NCBI GenBank assembly: GCA_964621305.1
Contig: CAZUOM010000001.1
Span: 165,448 to 229,447 of the forward strand
DNA length: 64,000 nt
Source: an uncultured Gammaproteobacteria bacterium
GTDB taxonomy: Bacteria; Patescibacteriota; Microgenomatia; UBA10105; UBA927
Reading direction: 5' to 3'
Shown here: positions 1 through 8,498 of the stretch, piece by piece
Layout: the number at the start of each line of letters is the position of its first letter
Position numbering within the stretch: the stretch's first letter is position 1
Translations under genes and position numbers: made by a program
Notes under the pieces: generated by a model
What the model was told of the DNA's origin: nothing
What the model saw: only the letters and a program-made list of their open reading frames with translations
Databases searched by the model: none

Positions 1-111
1 AGCTTACGCCAGAAATTATTGTTCAACTCGAAGGAAAAAATCCAGTCAACTGGCTTCAACTTTCCAAAGCTAATCTTGAAACAAATTGAGGTATTGACAG
101 ACAGCAAATAA
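1..111 (+). CDS. 3-prime end of an ORF that enters from the left window edge; product unknown
   Basis: Frame 1 is open from nt 1 to TAA at 109-111 (SLRQKLLFNSKEKIQSTGFNFPKLILKQIEVLTDSK*). No start is visible, and no recognisable motif. Confidence 0.2.
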   Translation, partial: SLRQKLLFNSKEKIQSTGFNFPKLILKQIEVLTDSK

Positions 112-123
112 TTATTTACGCTG

Positions 124-429
124 GTGGTGGGTGTTGGTATGGCGAGAAAAAAAATTTCTTCAACAGGATCATTTCGATCAAAAGATATTGCTTCTTGGAA
201 CTTTATTATTTTCCTGACGCTTGCATTTATTTTGCTTGTGGTAGTATTGACTGCTATGCGCGGAGTTTCACTTGATCTACGAAGTAAAGCCGGCCTTTCT
301 TGCCCTCAATTAAGTCTGCCCCGTGCCGAGGACTGTGCCGGCGGCTGGACGTACAAGCGCGACACCAAGGGCTGCCTTGCCTTCTTTTGCGAAGTGAAAG
401 CAACTCCTACAACAAAATCTTCAAAATAA
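124..429 (+). CDS. hypothetical small membrane protein (one TM helix)
   Basis: 101-aa ORF with a hydrophobic stretch NFIIFLTLAFILLVVVLTA. No recognisable family. Confidence 0.3.
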   Translation: MVGVGMARKKISSTGSFRSKDIASWNFIIFLTLAFILLVVVLTAMRGVSLDLRSKAGLSCPQLSLPRAEDCAGGWTYKRDTKGCLAFFCEVKATPTTKSSK

Positions 430-741
430 CTATTTCTCTGGCGCAGCCGGAGGGGGCTGAGGTACTGGTAGCGCTTCTGTTGGTTTTTCAGTAGGCACGT
501 CTGCAGCAGGTGTATCCTTGGAATCAGGAGTTGCTAATTCACTAAGTGCACCACGTGCCTTCCCACGAGCAAGAACAAATACGTCTGTTCCGTCTGTAAA
601 ATTCTTAGGGTGAATACCTTGAAAATATGGATGGAGGGGGTTTCTCCGCTGAATCTCTCTGGCCAGATCAACACTAATCTTCCTTACACGAAACTTAAAA
701 TCTCCATATAAAGTATTTAGATTAATATTAGATTTTTCCAT
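430..741 (-). CDS. hypothetical protein with a Pro/Ala-rich C-terminal tail
   Basis: 103-aa ORF downstream of the Tat-secreted protein gene in the same orientation. No family recognised. Confidence 0.35.
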   Translation of the reverse strand: MEKSNINLNTLYGDFKFRVRKISVDLAREIQRRNPLHPYFQGIHPKNFTDGTDVFVLARGKARGALSELATPDSKDTPAADVPTEKPTEALPVPQPPPAAPEK

Positions 742-763
742 AATGTTATTAATGTTGTTTTAA

Positions 764-1774
764 TTATACACTTGATTGGACAACTTGTCTGCGATTGCGA
801 AAAGCAACCAACGCCGAAACAAATAAAGCAATAGCGCCCGCAGTTGGGCCTAACCAACTCAGGTCTCCATCTGGTATTTGTACGGCCTTGCTCCCAGGAT
901 ACTCAACGGCGGCGGGATTTACTTTAGGCACTTCTTGTGGTTGGGTGCGTGGAGACTGACCATTTGGACCGTTGCAGGGCCCATGCAGCCTGTTATACAC
1001 TTCTTCTTGTGCTTCTTTTAGTTCTACGCCTGATATCTTTCTTGCGCTCTTTGCAATATGTATTTGTTCGTTCATTGGTTTCACCAGCGCTGTCCCAGGA
1101 GATGAGGCGTCTGGGTTGGATATAAATAGAAATTTTTTCACCTCGCCATTTCTCATAGTCACATTTCCTGTAAACTGGTAGGACCTAGCAGAAACCAATT
1201 TCTTTGTTTTTGGATCATAAAACGACCCAGAATACACATCCTCAATCTCCACCTTGAGCCCTGTCTTGGCATTTGACAATGATGATTGAGCCGGAAATTG
1301 ATTTGCAACCAGTGCAGTGACAATCTCGCGAATTAAAAGGTTTGCCAGTGGTGCGCAGTGATATGTCTTTTTATCATTCCTTGAACGAGCTAGAACATGA
1401 TTTGTGATTTCATTTAGCATTGTAGACGTCATTGTCTGGAGTGATTGGCTGGTAAGCATCATAATTTGTACATCACCTGAATTTTTTTGGAAATCGAAGG
1501 ATTGACCATACGCGAGTTTTTCTTCTGGTGTTAAATCTGCAAACTTAGCCACGCCTACCTCACCACGAATTGCCTGTTGAATGCGATCGGCAAGCGCACT
1601 ATCTGCCATGAGCTCACTTTCTGTTAGCTCTAGTGAGATGGTCGGGGTCGGTTGAGGTCCTTGAGCCTCAACTGATTTCGTCGATAATAAAGAAACACCA
1701 ACTAATCCACCGAAACCAGCTGCACCAAACTTAAGAACGTCACGACGGGATAGAATAGCTCTGTTTTCAAACAT
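764..1774 (-). CDS. Tat-signal secreted protein with a C-terminal LPXTG-like sorting or anchor signal
   Basis: N-terminus has the twin-arginine motif SRRDVLKFGAAGFGGLVGVSL...VEA. C-terminus is LSWLGPTAG + hydrophobic helix AIALFVSALVAF + basic RNRRQ, i.e. the sortase-substrate-like tripartite layout. Confidence 0.5.
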   Translation of the reverse strand: MFENRAILSRRDVLKFGAAGFGGLVGVSLLSTKSVEAQGPQPTPTISLELTESELMADSALADRIQQAIRGEVGVAKFADLTPEEKLAYGQSFDFQKNSGDVQIMMLTSQSLQTMTSTMLNEITNHVLARSRNDKKTYHCAPLANLLIREIVTALVANQFPAQSSLSNAKTGLKVEIEDVYSGSFYDPKTKKLVSARSYQFTGNVTMRNGEVKKFLFISNPDASSPGTALVKPMNEQIHIAKSARKISGVELKEAQEEVYNRLHGPCNGPNGQSPRTQPQEVPKVNPAAVEYPGSKAVQIPDGDLSWLGPTAGAIALFVSALVAFRNRRQVVQSSV

Positions 1775-1834
1775 GATAACGAGAGAATATCACAAAATAC
1801 GCTAATTGTCAACTACTATAAGATATAGTAGCTA

Positions 1835-2068
1835 CTAGAAGACGGCTTTGCGCAGGTCGAAGCGGACGCGCTTGATACACGAGGTGCAGGCACGCACGCG
1901 CTTGAGGACCCCGTCAAACGGCAGGCTCACCCAGTGAAGGTTGGGCTTAAATCTGCGGATGGTCGTCTGTGCCCGCTTTTTCCACTGCCCGCCGGCAACT
2001 CCAGTGTGATGGGTGTGAGAGCGACCCATGTGACTTTTTTTATTGCATATTTCGCATCTTGCAGCCAT
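1835..2068 (-). CDS. rpmB: 50S ribosomal protein L28
   Basis: 77 aa, MAARCEICNKKSHMGRSHTHH...RRFKPNLHWVSLP. Matches the L28 signature (C-x-I-C-x-K, SH, RrF-PNL). Confidence 0.8.
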   Translation of the reverse strand: MAARCEICNKKSHMGRSHTHHTGVAGGQWKKRAQTTIRRFKPNLHWVSLPFDGVLKRVRACTSCIKRVRFDLRKAVF

Positions 2069-2079
2069 AATAAAAAGAA

Positions 2080-2155
2080 GCTTAGCGTGCTTAGCAAGAC
2101 CAGTAGCTTAGAAGTTTCTAAGCCACCAATCTACTAAGCATCTAAGCTACTAAGC
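2080..2155. repeat. hexamer inverted-repeat cluster: 3x GCTTAG followed by 4x CTAAGC (empty IVS-like stem site)
   Basis: GCTTAG at 2080, 2089 and 2106. CTAAGC at 2118, 2134, 2142 and 2150. The central GCTTAGAAGtTTCTAAGC is a near-perfect palindrome. The same hexamer arrays flank the four-helix-bundle gene at 10381-10823. Confidence 0.6.
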
Positions 2156-2194
2156 TTCTAAACTTCTCCTCAATCACGTATACTATACCACAGC

Positions 2195-2800
2195 ATGACT
2201 GATCTTGTCTATTGGTTCGGATCGCTCATAATAGCCATCACTATCCACGAATTTGCCCATGCGGTGGCGGCGGACCGGCTTGGAGACCCCACCCCCAGAC
2301 TCCAGGGGCGGATCACCCTTAACCCCCTCTCGCACCTGGACCCAGTGGGCACGATCATGCTCCTTCTGGTTCACTTCGGTTGGGGCAAACCCGTCCAGTT
2401 CGACCCGTTTAACCTGCGCCACCCCAGGCGGGACGCAGCCATCATCTCCCTTGCGGGGCCGGCGGCAAATTTAGTATTAGCGACGATCATCTCAATTCTT
2501 CTTCACTTTATAAACTTTATAAACATTACAAACTTTCTAACTACGCTGGTAGTTTTAAACGTCGTCCTTGCTGTTTTTAATCTCCTACCCCTTCATCCGC
2601 TCGACGGATTTAAAATCGTCGGCGGCATCTTACCGACAGAATATGCCAAAAGCTGGTACGAGCTGGAGCGCTACGGCATACTTTTTCTCCTGTTTCTCCT
2701 CTTCCCAATCTTTGGAAGTACTGCACCAATTACAAAAATCGTCACACCGGTTATCAGTCTCGTACTGGGTATCCTTCTACCCCGCGCACCAGTTATCTAA
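2195..2800 (+). CDS. site-2 protease family (peptidase M50) integral membrane metalloprotease
   Basis: HEFAHA (HExxH) in the first TM segment, downstream LLPLHPLDGFKIVGG (LDG motif), and a multi-pass hydrophobic profile. Confidence 0.7.
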   Translation: MTDLVYWFGSLIIAITIHEFAHAVAADRLGDPTPRLQGRITLNPLSHLDPVGTIMLLLVHFGWGKPVQFDPFNLRHPRRDAAIISLAGPAANLVLATIISILLHFINFINITNFLTTLVVLNVVLAVFNLLPLHPLDGFKIVGGILPTEYAKSWYELERYGILFLLFLLFPIFGSTAPITKIVTPVISLVLGILLPRAPVI

Positions 2801-3049
2801 ACAAATTGCCCTTGACATATGTACTCGCCTTGCTCTACGATAGGAGTTGCCTGGTGTGGAGCTTTGAGGCGATTTTCCTCCACAAATTCAAAAACAATGA
2901 GGTAGTCTTGCTGAATTCCTCAGCGGGGCAACAGGACGATGTCTCCGAGCTCCTTGGAGTTTCGGAGCAGTCCCTCCGATATTTCTAGTCGGGGAAAATC
3001 TTCAAAGCCATCCAGGCCATGAAATTATTCTTCGCCAAATCTACAGACT

Positions 3050-3078
3050 TTGTCGTTTTCCCATCTACCTATTATAAT
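3050..3078 (+). promoter_or_regulatory. sigma70-like promoter upstream of the tRNA-Thr locus
   Basis: TTGTCG (3050-3055), 17-nt spacer, then TATAAT (3073-3078), about 35 nt before the first tRNA exon. Confidence 0.4.
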
Positions 3079-3114
3079 GTGACTAGGTGCTTGAGCGGGG
3101 TCCCGTAACATTAT

Positions 3115-3348
3115 GCCGCCTTGGCTCAGTGGTAGAGCGAGTGTTTTGTCCCAGCACTATCTTGCCCCGCCGAGCGGGGCGTAGAAGTGCGGGATCCCAT
3201 ACTTTTAAGCTGGCGTAGCTCAATGGCAGAGCAACTGTTTTGTAAACAGTAGGTTGGGAGTTCGATCCTCCCCGTCAGCTCAAAATAACCGCCAGCAAAA
3301 AGTACTGGGATAAACACTAGGTCGTCGGTCCGATCCCGACAGGCGGCT
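3115..3348 (+). tRNA. split or interrupted tRNA-Thr(UGU)-like gene: 5-prime half 3115-3149, 3-prime half 3312-3348, with a 162-nt insert in the anticodon loop that contains a complete tRNA-Thr
   Basis: 5-prime half: GCCGCCT-TG-GCTC-AGTGGTA-GAGC-G-AGTGT-TTTGT. 3-prime half: AA-ACACT-AGGTC-GTCGG-TCCGATC-CCGAC-AGGCGGC-T. Acceptor, anticodon and T stems all pair perfectly, and the rejoined loop is TTTGTAA. The insert 3150-3311 ends in 9-bp inverted repeats CCCAGCACT / AGTACTGGG. Confidence 0.45.
3209..3280 (+). tRNA. tRNA-Thr (anticodon UGU)
   Basis: Manual cloverleaf: acceptor GCTGGCG/CGTCAGC (one GU), D arm GCTC-AATGGCA-GAGC, anticodon arm ACTGT-TTTGTAA-ACAGT, T arm GGGAG-TTCGATC-CTCCC. No encoded CCA. 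Confidence 0.85.
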
Positions 3349-3641
3349 CAAAACGAAAGGCTTCTGAAGACGTTTTCCACTTCTATCATGGTTTTTTTGT
3401 TTCCCTTGTAAAACATCCGCGCACCGATCTGATACCTAGTGACAAATCCCACTTTTATGAGCTCTTTAAGGTGATGGGCAAGGAGGCTTTGCGAACATGG
3501 CATATGGATAGCAAGCTCTTTGAGCCTCATGTCACTTTGTGACAAAAGGTGCAAAATAGCAATCCGATGCGGGTGAGCTATGGCATGCAGGATGCCAGCC
3601 TCTTTGGCAGATCGCACAATTAGTTTCTTGCCGGCAAGCAT
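3348..3641 (-). CDS. ArsR/SmtB-family HTH transcriptional regulator
   Basis: 97 aa; winged-helix region HPHRIAILHLLSQSDMRLKELAIHMPCSQSLLAHHLKELIKVGFV typical of ArsR. Confidence 0.65.
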   Translation of the reverse strand: MLAGKKLIVRSAKEAGILHAIAHPHRIAILHLLSQSDMRLKELAIHMPCSQSLLAHHLKELIKVGFVTRYQIGARMFYKGNKKTMIEVENVFRSLSF

Positions 3642-3667
3642 AGGAACCTATTATAATTGATCCCAAT

Positions 3668-3752
3668 GCCGAGGTGGCAGAGCAGTCAAATGCACCAGTC
3701 TGTAAAACTGGTGGCCGAAAGGCCTACCTAGGTGCGAATCCTAGCCTCGGCA
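3668..3752 (+). tRNA. tRNA-Tyr (anticodon GUA), class II with a long variable arm
   Basis: Acceptor GCCGAGG/CCTCGGC, anticodon arm CCAGT-CTGTAAA-ACTGG, variable hairpin GGCC-GAAA-GGCC, T arm CTAGG-TGCGAAT-CCTAG. A TATAAT box sits at 3652-3657 upstream. Confidence 0.85.
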
Positions 3753-3805
3753 CAGAGCACCTAAATACCCTCTTGCATCGAAGAGACAAGGTTGTCTATA
3801 CTTAG

Positions 3806-4321
3806 ATGATGGCAGATCAAGCTTCACAAGCAAGTGAGCAGGAAGAAAACATGGACGGATCGATGATGTATTATATCATCGGTGGACTCGTGGTTGTAGC
3901 GATAGCTGCGGGCGTATGGTTTCTGCGGCCGCAAGGCGGTACAGCCCTGACCGGTTTTGGCACTCCTCTTCTCCCCACTCCTACACCTGGTCCTATCACA
4001 GCCCTTTCCTGCGAAAAACAATATTACAACCCGGTCGTCGGTTTCACCGACTACTATATAGGTCTTGACGGAGTCGACGTTCCGGCAACCAAAAGTGTCA
4101 TCTGCGAATTTACGATATCTATGGGTGGTACAATCCTTTCCACCGAAAGCGCAAAGGCATCATTTGTCGCAGCACCTGAAAGGAATGGTCAAGTATTTAC
4201 GTGCCGGACTAAAAAACTTAGCCTCACACCAGAACTTAATACGGATGTAACCGTCAAAATCACCAATGACTTGGGACTTACAAACACGTGCTCAACGACA
4301 TACGTCCTCCCAAAGCCATAA
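3806..4321 (+). CDS. hypothetical membrane-anchored extracytoplasmic protein
   Basis: 171 aa with an acidic N-terminus, then TM helix YYIIGGLVVVAIAAGVWFL, then a Cys-containing soluble domain. Confidence 0.45.
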   Translation: MMADQASQASEQEENMDGSMMYYIIGGLVVVAIAAGVWFLRPQGGTALTGFGTPLLPTPTPGPITALSCEKQYYNPVVGFTDYYIGLDGVDVPATKSVICEFTISMGGTILSTESAKASFVAAPERNGQVFTCRTKKLSLTPELNTDVTVKITNDLGLTNTCSTTYVLPKP

Positions 4322-4368
4322 ACGCTAGCCCACCTCCTTCCAGTTAGCCATGATATAATTGGTTTTAT

Positions 4369-4440
4369 GCCGTCGTAGTTCAGTGGTAGAACGTCTTCTT
4401 GGTAAGAAGAAGGTCATGGGTCCAATTCCCATCGACGGCT
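4369..4440 (+). tRNA. tRNA-Thr (anticodon GGU)
   Basis: Acceptor GCCGTCG/CGACGGC, D arm GTTC-AGTGGTA-GAAC, anticodon arm TCTTC-TTGGTAA-GAAGA, T arm ATGGG-TCCAATT-CCCAT. TATAAT at 4354-4359. Confidence 0.85.
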
Positions 4441-4565
4441 CCGTGAATCTAATATCTCTTTTTTCTACCGCTGTATTTGCCGCTGAAGTCGTTCTTTCAC
4501 CCGTACCCGATGAATTGGCCGGTTATATATATCCAGGCTTTCATCAGCCGAGTGTTAGCTTTGGT

Positions 4566-5315
4566 ATGCTTGCCCAACCGACATTGCCTGAAGTTGTCGA
4601 AATCACCACCGAAACCATACCCTCACTAGCCCCTGTCGTATCTCCTAGAAAGGCGAGAAAAGATGCCTTCACTATAGCCGTCATCGGCGACTCAATGGTC
4701 GATACCCTTGGCCCGGACATAGGGGGACTGCCGAAAAAACTTCAACAAACATACCCGGGAGTATTTTTTGACGTACGAAACTACGGCGTGGGAGCCACCA
4801 ATATCGACTACGGCATCAGCCGCCTCACTAACGACTACGAATACTTGGGCGTCGGTAAACCTTCTGTAGTCAGCCAAAATCCGGATATCGTAGTTATCGA
4901 ATCATTCGGCTACAACCCCTACCCATTCGACGAAGGCGCCCTTGATAAACATTGGCTCGCGCTCTCACAAATGGTTGATATCATAAAAGCAAATCTCCCC
5001 GAGGCAAAAATAGTGATAGCCGCAACGATTGCTCCCAATTGGGACGTATTTGGTGACGGCGTTCTTGGTTGGGATTCTAGCGGCAAGAGGAGAAAAGTCG
5101 AAGAAATCAAGAGATACATCGAAAATACAGTCGGCTTTGCCAAAAGCCAGAATCTGCCACTGGCCGACGTCTATCACCCAAGCCTAGACGACACCGGCAA
5201 CGGGAAGCTCGCCTATATAAATCCCGGCGACCACATCCACTACTCAGATGCCGGACGGGAGCTATTTTCAAAAAAGGTATTTGAGGCACTCGAGAGACAC
5301 AAGCTACTAGAGTGA
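4566..5315 (+). CDS. SGNH/GDSL-family hydrolase (lipase or esterase-like); start uncertain
   Basis: Block I motif FTIAVIGDSMVDTLG. The ORF-track start 4359 overlaps the tRNA-Thr(GGU) gene, so the first ATG after the tRNA (4566) or a nearby non-ATG start is more plausible. Confidence 0.6.
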   Translation: MLAQPTLPEVVEITTETIPSLAPVVSPRKARKDAFTIAVIGDSMVDTLGPDIGGLPKKLQQTYPGVFFDVRNYGVGATNIDYGISRLTNDYEYLGVGKPSVVSQNPDIVVIESFGYNPYPFDEGALDKHWLALSQMVDIIKANLPEAKIVIAATIAPNWDVFGDGVLGWDSSGKRRKVEEIKRYIENTVGFAKSQNLPLADVYHPSLDDTGNGKLAYINPGDHIHYSDAGRELFSKKVFEALERHKLLE

Positions 5316-6368
5316 ACGGTCGTTTAACAATTTACTCGTACCCCTGGCATCACGAATAAAATCTGGCAAGTGTGCCTTACCGGTCACCGGACTTTTCGGG
5401 AGAAATGCTTCGTATCGATCCATCAAGGTTACTATTTGGTCCGGGCAACTCTGCATCATACGAAAAATTTCATCTTGGATCGCTTTATAAAAACTGTTTG
5501 CCTCCTGTAATCGAGTACGCAAATGATCAGGGACAGGAGCATTTCTTTTTTTCAAAGCCTCAATTTGTCCTTCCTCTTCATTGGTCAGCGAAACTGCGGC
5601 ATAAATCATAGAATATAAATCTAGCACGGCTATGTTTTCGTCTTCTCTCCTAATGGGAGACGCAGGATCAACATCGATAATATTAGCTATCGGTACGCCC
5701 GCTGATAAAGAATAGCGATTTTTTTTTCGCAATACCCGCTGCCCGAGGCTTGTGATGACGTTCCAATCAGTCTCTGGGTGAAGTAGCGAGATGCGCCGTT
5801 CATCCTCCATCTTATCTAAAAAATCAACGACCTGCCCAAATAGTACCTGTGCGGAGCTGAGTTCATCATAACTATTGGAATTTACACAAACATCGTTGAT
5901 CACATCGAGGGCTTGTTGGATCCTCGACTTGTTGGGGTTTGCTTTATGCAAGTAATATAGTCGGGCTCGCAAAACCTCTCCGTCATTAGTCCAGCGGTCC
6001 AACATATCTTTAAAATACTCCTCCACATCAGGATGTATGTTTTCCAACCCAGGTACTCTAACACTATCAGCATTTAGTTGACGATTTCTTTGACTGAACA
6101 GATATGGATTATTCTCAACTGCATACCGCGCAGAGTCCAGGATTGCTGGTAATGATCCAGATTCGACTACGTATCGGATTCTGACCTTGTCATTATTGGT
6201 CATCCCCACACCGCTTTGGCATCCCATAACAACCGGTACCAACACTCTAGTAGCTATAGCCTCAGTAGACAATTGATTGTTAGAAAGTAAAATCGCAAGA
6301 TCAGCAACCGACGGATCGACTGACTTAGGGTGAGAAATATCAATTGCACTATTATGTTCTTTTGCCAT
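5307..6368 (-). CDS. hypothetical protein (353 aa)
   Basis: Long ORF with no recognisable motif; divergent from the 6444-8498 gene. Confidence 0.5.
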   Translation of the reverse strand: MAKEHNSAIDISHPKSVDPSVADLAILLSNNQLSTEAIATRVLVPVVMGCQSGVGMTNNDKVRIRYVVESGSLPAILDSARYAVENNPYLFSQRNRQLNADSVRVPGLENIHPDVEEYFKDMLDRWTNDGEVLRARLYYLHKANPNKSRIQQALDVINDVCVNSNSYDELSSAQVLFGQVVDFLDKMEDERRISLLHPETDWNVITSLGQRVLRKKNRYSLSAGVPIANIIDVDPASPIRREDENIAVLDLYSMIYAAVSLTNEEEGQIEALKKRNAPVPDHLRTRLQEANSFYKAIQDEIFRMMQSCPDQIVTLMDRYEAFLPKSPVTGKAHLPDFIRDARGTSKLLNDRSL

Positions 6369-6443
6369 AAAGCGTGAAATAACAGAACAAATACCGTATA
6401 CTTACACTTCTTGGCTCAATAATATATCTTAAAAAAAAGGCCT

Positions 6444-8498
6444 ATGTCAAATATAGAATCTCCTTCGCAACCATATGAGCTTGATGCCGTATCAGCTGTT
6501 TTTGACCGTTTTGTTGAGCAGCTCAATCTGTCTGATATTAAAACTCGGCCAGACCGACCGCAAGTACTCTCCCGCTGTTTTCGAATATTTTCCGACGCAC
6601 TCTCCCGAGGCATATCGCCCTTATCTATAAAGCTATCCACTAACGGCCTGATAATACCTACTATAGCAAAAAACAACGAAACGTGCCAGATACGCTACAG
6701 AGGGGATCCGCAGACAATATTACAGTGGGAACTTATTCCAGCCAAAAGAAATCCATCTACATCGGAAATATTTTTTTTTCAGCGTAGGATGGAGGAGGCA
6801 CAAGAGCCGATAAACGGTGAAAAGTGGTTTGCCCAGGTTCCAGACCTTATACAGGCAGCATTAGTCTTAGGTCAATCGATACAAATGGCCCAGGTCCAAA
6901 AATCAAATGAGTCACGTCGACGAATAGAACATGCATTGGCAACAGCTGGTTTTCTGGTTCGTCATGTGCCAGAAGTCAAGGAGCGCTTTGATATGTTTTC
7001 CAAAGATTTCCAAACATTTAAAAAGGATATTATCGGTTCCCAACTTGCTCTGTGCGAACGGCACCTCGATGATGCCTCATACGCACCAAGGCTTTTGGCC
7101 CTACAAAATGATGCCGAAGCACTAGTACGACTTCGCACACATCTATTTCGTAATGGAAAAAGAGCCATCGGCGACCATGATCGACCAAAATATGAGCATG
7201 CGCTGGCTATAGAATATATCATCAAACCAAAATCACTGGCGGACCCTAGCCATTTGATGTATCCAGAAACATCGATAGAAAAAATCATGACTGTCTACAA
7301 TTTTTTTATCTCGCTACGAAAACATATTGAGGACAGAGGCTACGCTTTCGGCCAGCTACGACATCAGCCTGATATTGAGGCACCCGTTGGCGCTGCATTT
7401 GAAGCTATCGGCATTCCCAGACACATCGGCCTTAGCTATTGCGGCAGCATCTGTGGGCAGCTCATCGACGACGTTCTTACTGATCCAAAGATTTTTCCAG
7501 ACCCCACTGCGACCATTGATAAAACACTACTTTCACAAAACGATTCGTTGCGTATCGATCTTAGTAGACAATTTTTACTCGAAAGAGCATCGCCGGCAAG
7601 TAAACCAGTAGTTGAGTCACACATGGCAAACGAGATGGCTATAAAGATAGAGTATCTGAATCTCGCACAGGCTAAACGTCTACCAAACACATCCCTTCTG
7701 GAAGCCGATCCGACCACCCGCAAGCAGATCTTTAGCCGGTTATTTGTTCAAGAAAATTCGGTTGAGGCAAAGAAGACATCGCTGCGGCTTGTTCGTTGGC
7801 TATCGCTTGTGTATAACTCACGAACACATTCTTTTACTCGCTCAGAAAAGACACAAAAAGAGTTGTCCCCAAGAGAAAAAGCCATCGCCCACGACTTTCT
7901 CTCTACGTGTATTAGCCTAACCAGATGGAAAAATACTTACGTCAAATCACTCTTTGACCAGCTCATTATAGAGTCGCAGCTGGCGGCATTCGTCGACGAA
8001 GTCTTTGGCAAAGGCACGCGCCGAGACCAGGCGGAAAGACAGTTTAAAAGTGAAATCATAAACGTCGTAACTGATGCAGAACTGGATGGCCTCATGACGG
8101 TCCACCGCAAGCTAAGCCCCAACCCAAAAAGTATAGAGGGTTACAATAAGATTGCCACCATGGCGGTGGCACTAGCGCTTTGGAATCTTTCAGATACGCT
8201 AGAGGCCGATCGCGAAACCATCATCGACACCCAGGCCATGGAAGGGGTTACGCTCTCTGCAGGCCAGATCGTATCTGCTCAACTGATAGCCCATGGCAGA
8301 AGTATGGAAAAAACTAAACAAAGCAATTTAGCAAGCGCAGTAGCAGATCTACTCTACCGGGGATCAATCGAAAAACGCATCCCTCCCATCGTCAAAGAGT
8401 TTGTTGGAGAAGCACTCAATAGCCTCTACCATCGCGACCGGTCAGCGTACGGTCAGCTTCATGAAAGTCTCGAAAAAACCATCAGGTCATTTTCGTAA
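6444..8498 (+). CDS. hypothetical protein (684 aa), predicted soluble and alpha-rich
   Basis: Long uninterrupted ORF. AAAAAAAAGG lies 6-15 nt upstream of the ATG. No family recognised. Confidence 0.5.
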   Translation: MSNIESPSQPYELDAVSAVFDRFVEQLNLSDIKTRPDRPQVLSRCFRIFSDALSRGISPLSIKLSTNGLIIPTIAKNNETCQIRYRGDPQTILQWELIPAKRNPSTSEIFFFQRRMEEAQEPINGEKWFAQVPDLIQAALVLGQSIQMAQVQKSNESRRRIEHALATAGFLVRHVPEVKERFDMFSKDFQTFKKDIIGSQLALCERHLDDASYAPRLLALQNDAEALVRLRTHLFRNGKRAIGDHDRPKYEHALAIEYIIKPKSLADPSHLMYPETSIEKIMTVYNFFISLRKHIEDRGYAFGQLRHQPDIEAPVGAAFEAIGIPRHIGLSYCGSICGQLIDDVLTDPKIFPDPTATIDKTLLSQNDSLRIDLSRQFLLERASPASKPVVESHMANEMAIKIEYLNLAQAKRLPNTSLLEADPTTRKQIFSRLFVQENSVEAKKTSLRLVRWLSLVYNSRTHSFTRSEKTQKELSPREKAIAHDFLSTCISLTRWKNTYVKSLFDQLIIESQLAAFVDEVFGKGTRRDQAERQFKSEIINVVTDAELDGLMTVHRKLSPNPKSIEGYNKIATMAVALALWNLSDTLEADRETIIDTQAMEGVTLSAGQIVSAQLIAHGRSMEKTKQSNLASAVADLLYRGSIEKRIPPIVKEFVGEALNSLYHRDRSAYGQLHESLEKTIRSFS

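Noticed and set aside
3101-3208. Reading the first tRNA-like segment as SRP RNA, tmRNA, or a stand-alone class II tRNA
   Set aside because: There is no SRP domain IV or tmRNA motif, and a stand-alone fold lacks a T arm and a 3-prime acceptor. The downstream segment 3312-3348 supplies perfectly matching anticodon-stem, T-arm and acceptor strands instead.
3126-3317. 63-aa minus-strand ORF from the track
   Set aside because: It lies entirely over the tRNA-Thr genes and their insert. The tRNA structures fully explain the sequence.
4359-4565. N-terminal 69 codons of the GDSL hydrolase ORF as drawn in the track
   Set aside because: They overlap the tRNA-Thr(GGU) gene (4369-4440), so the real start must lie downstream.
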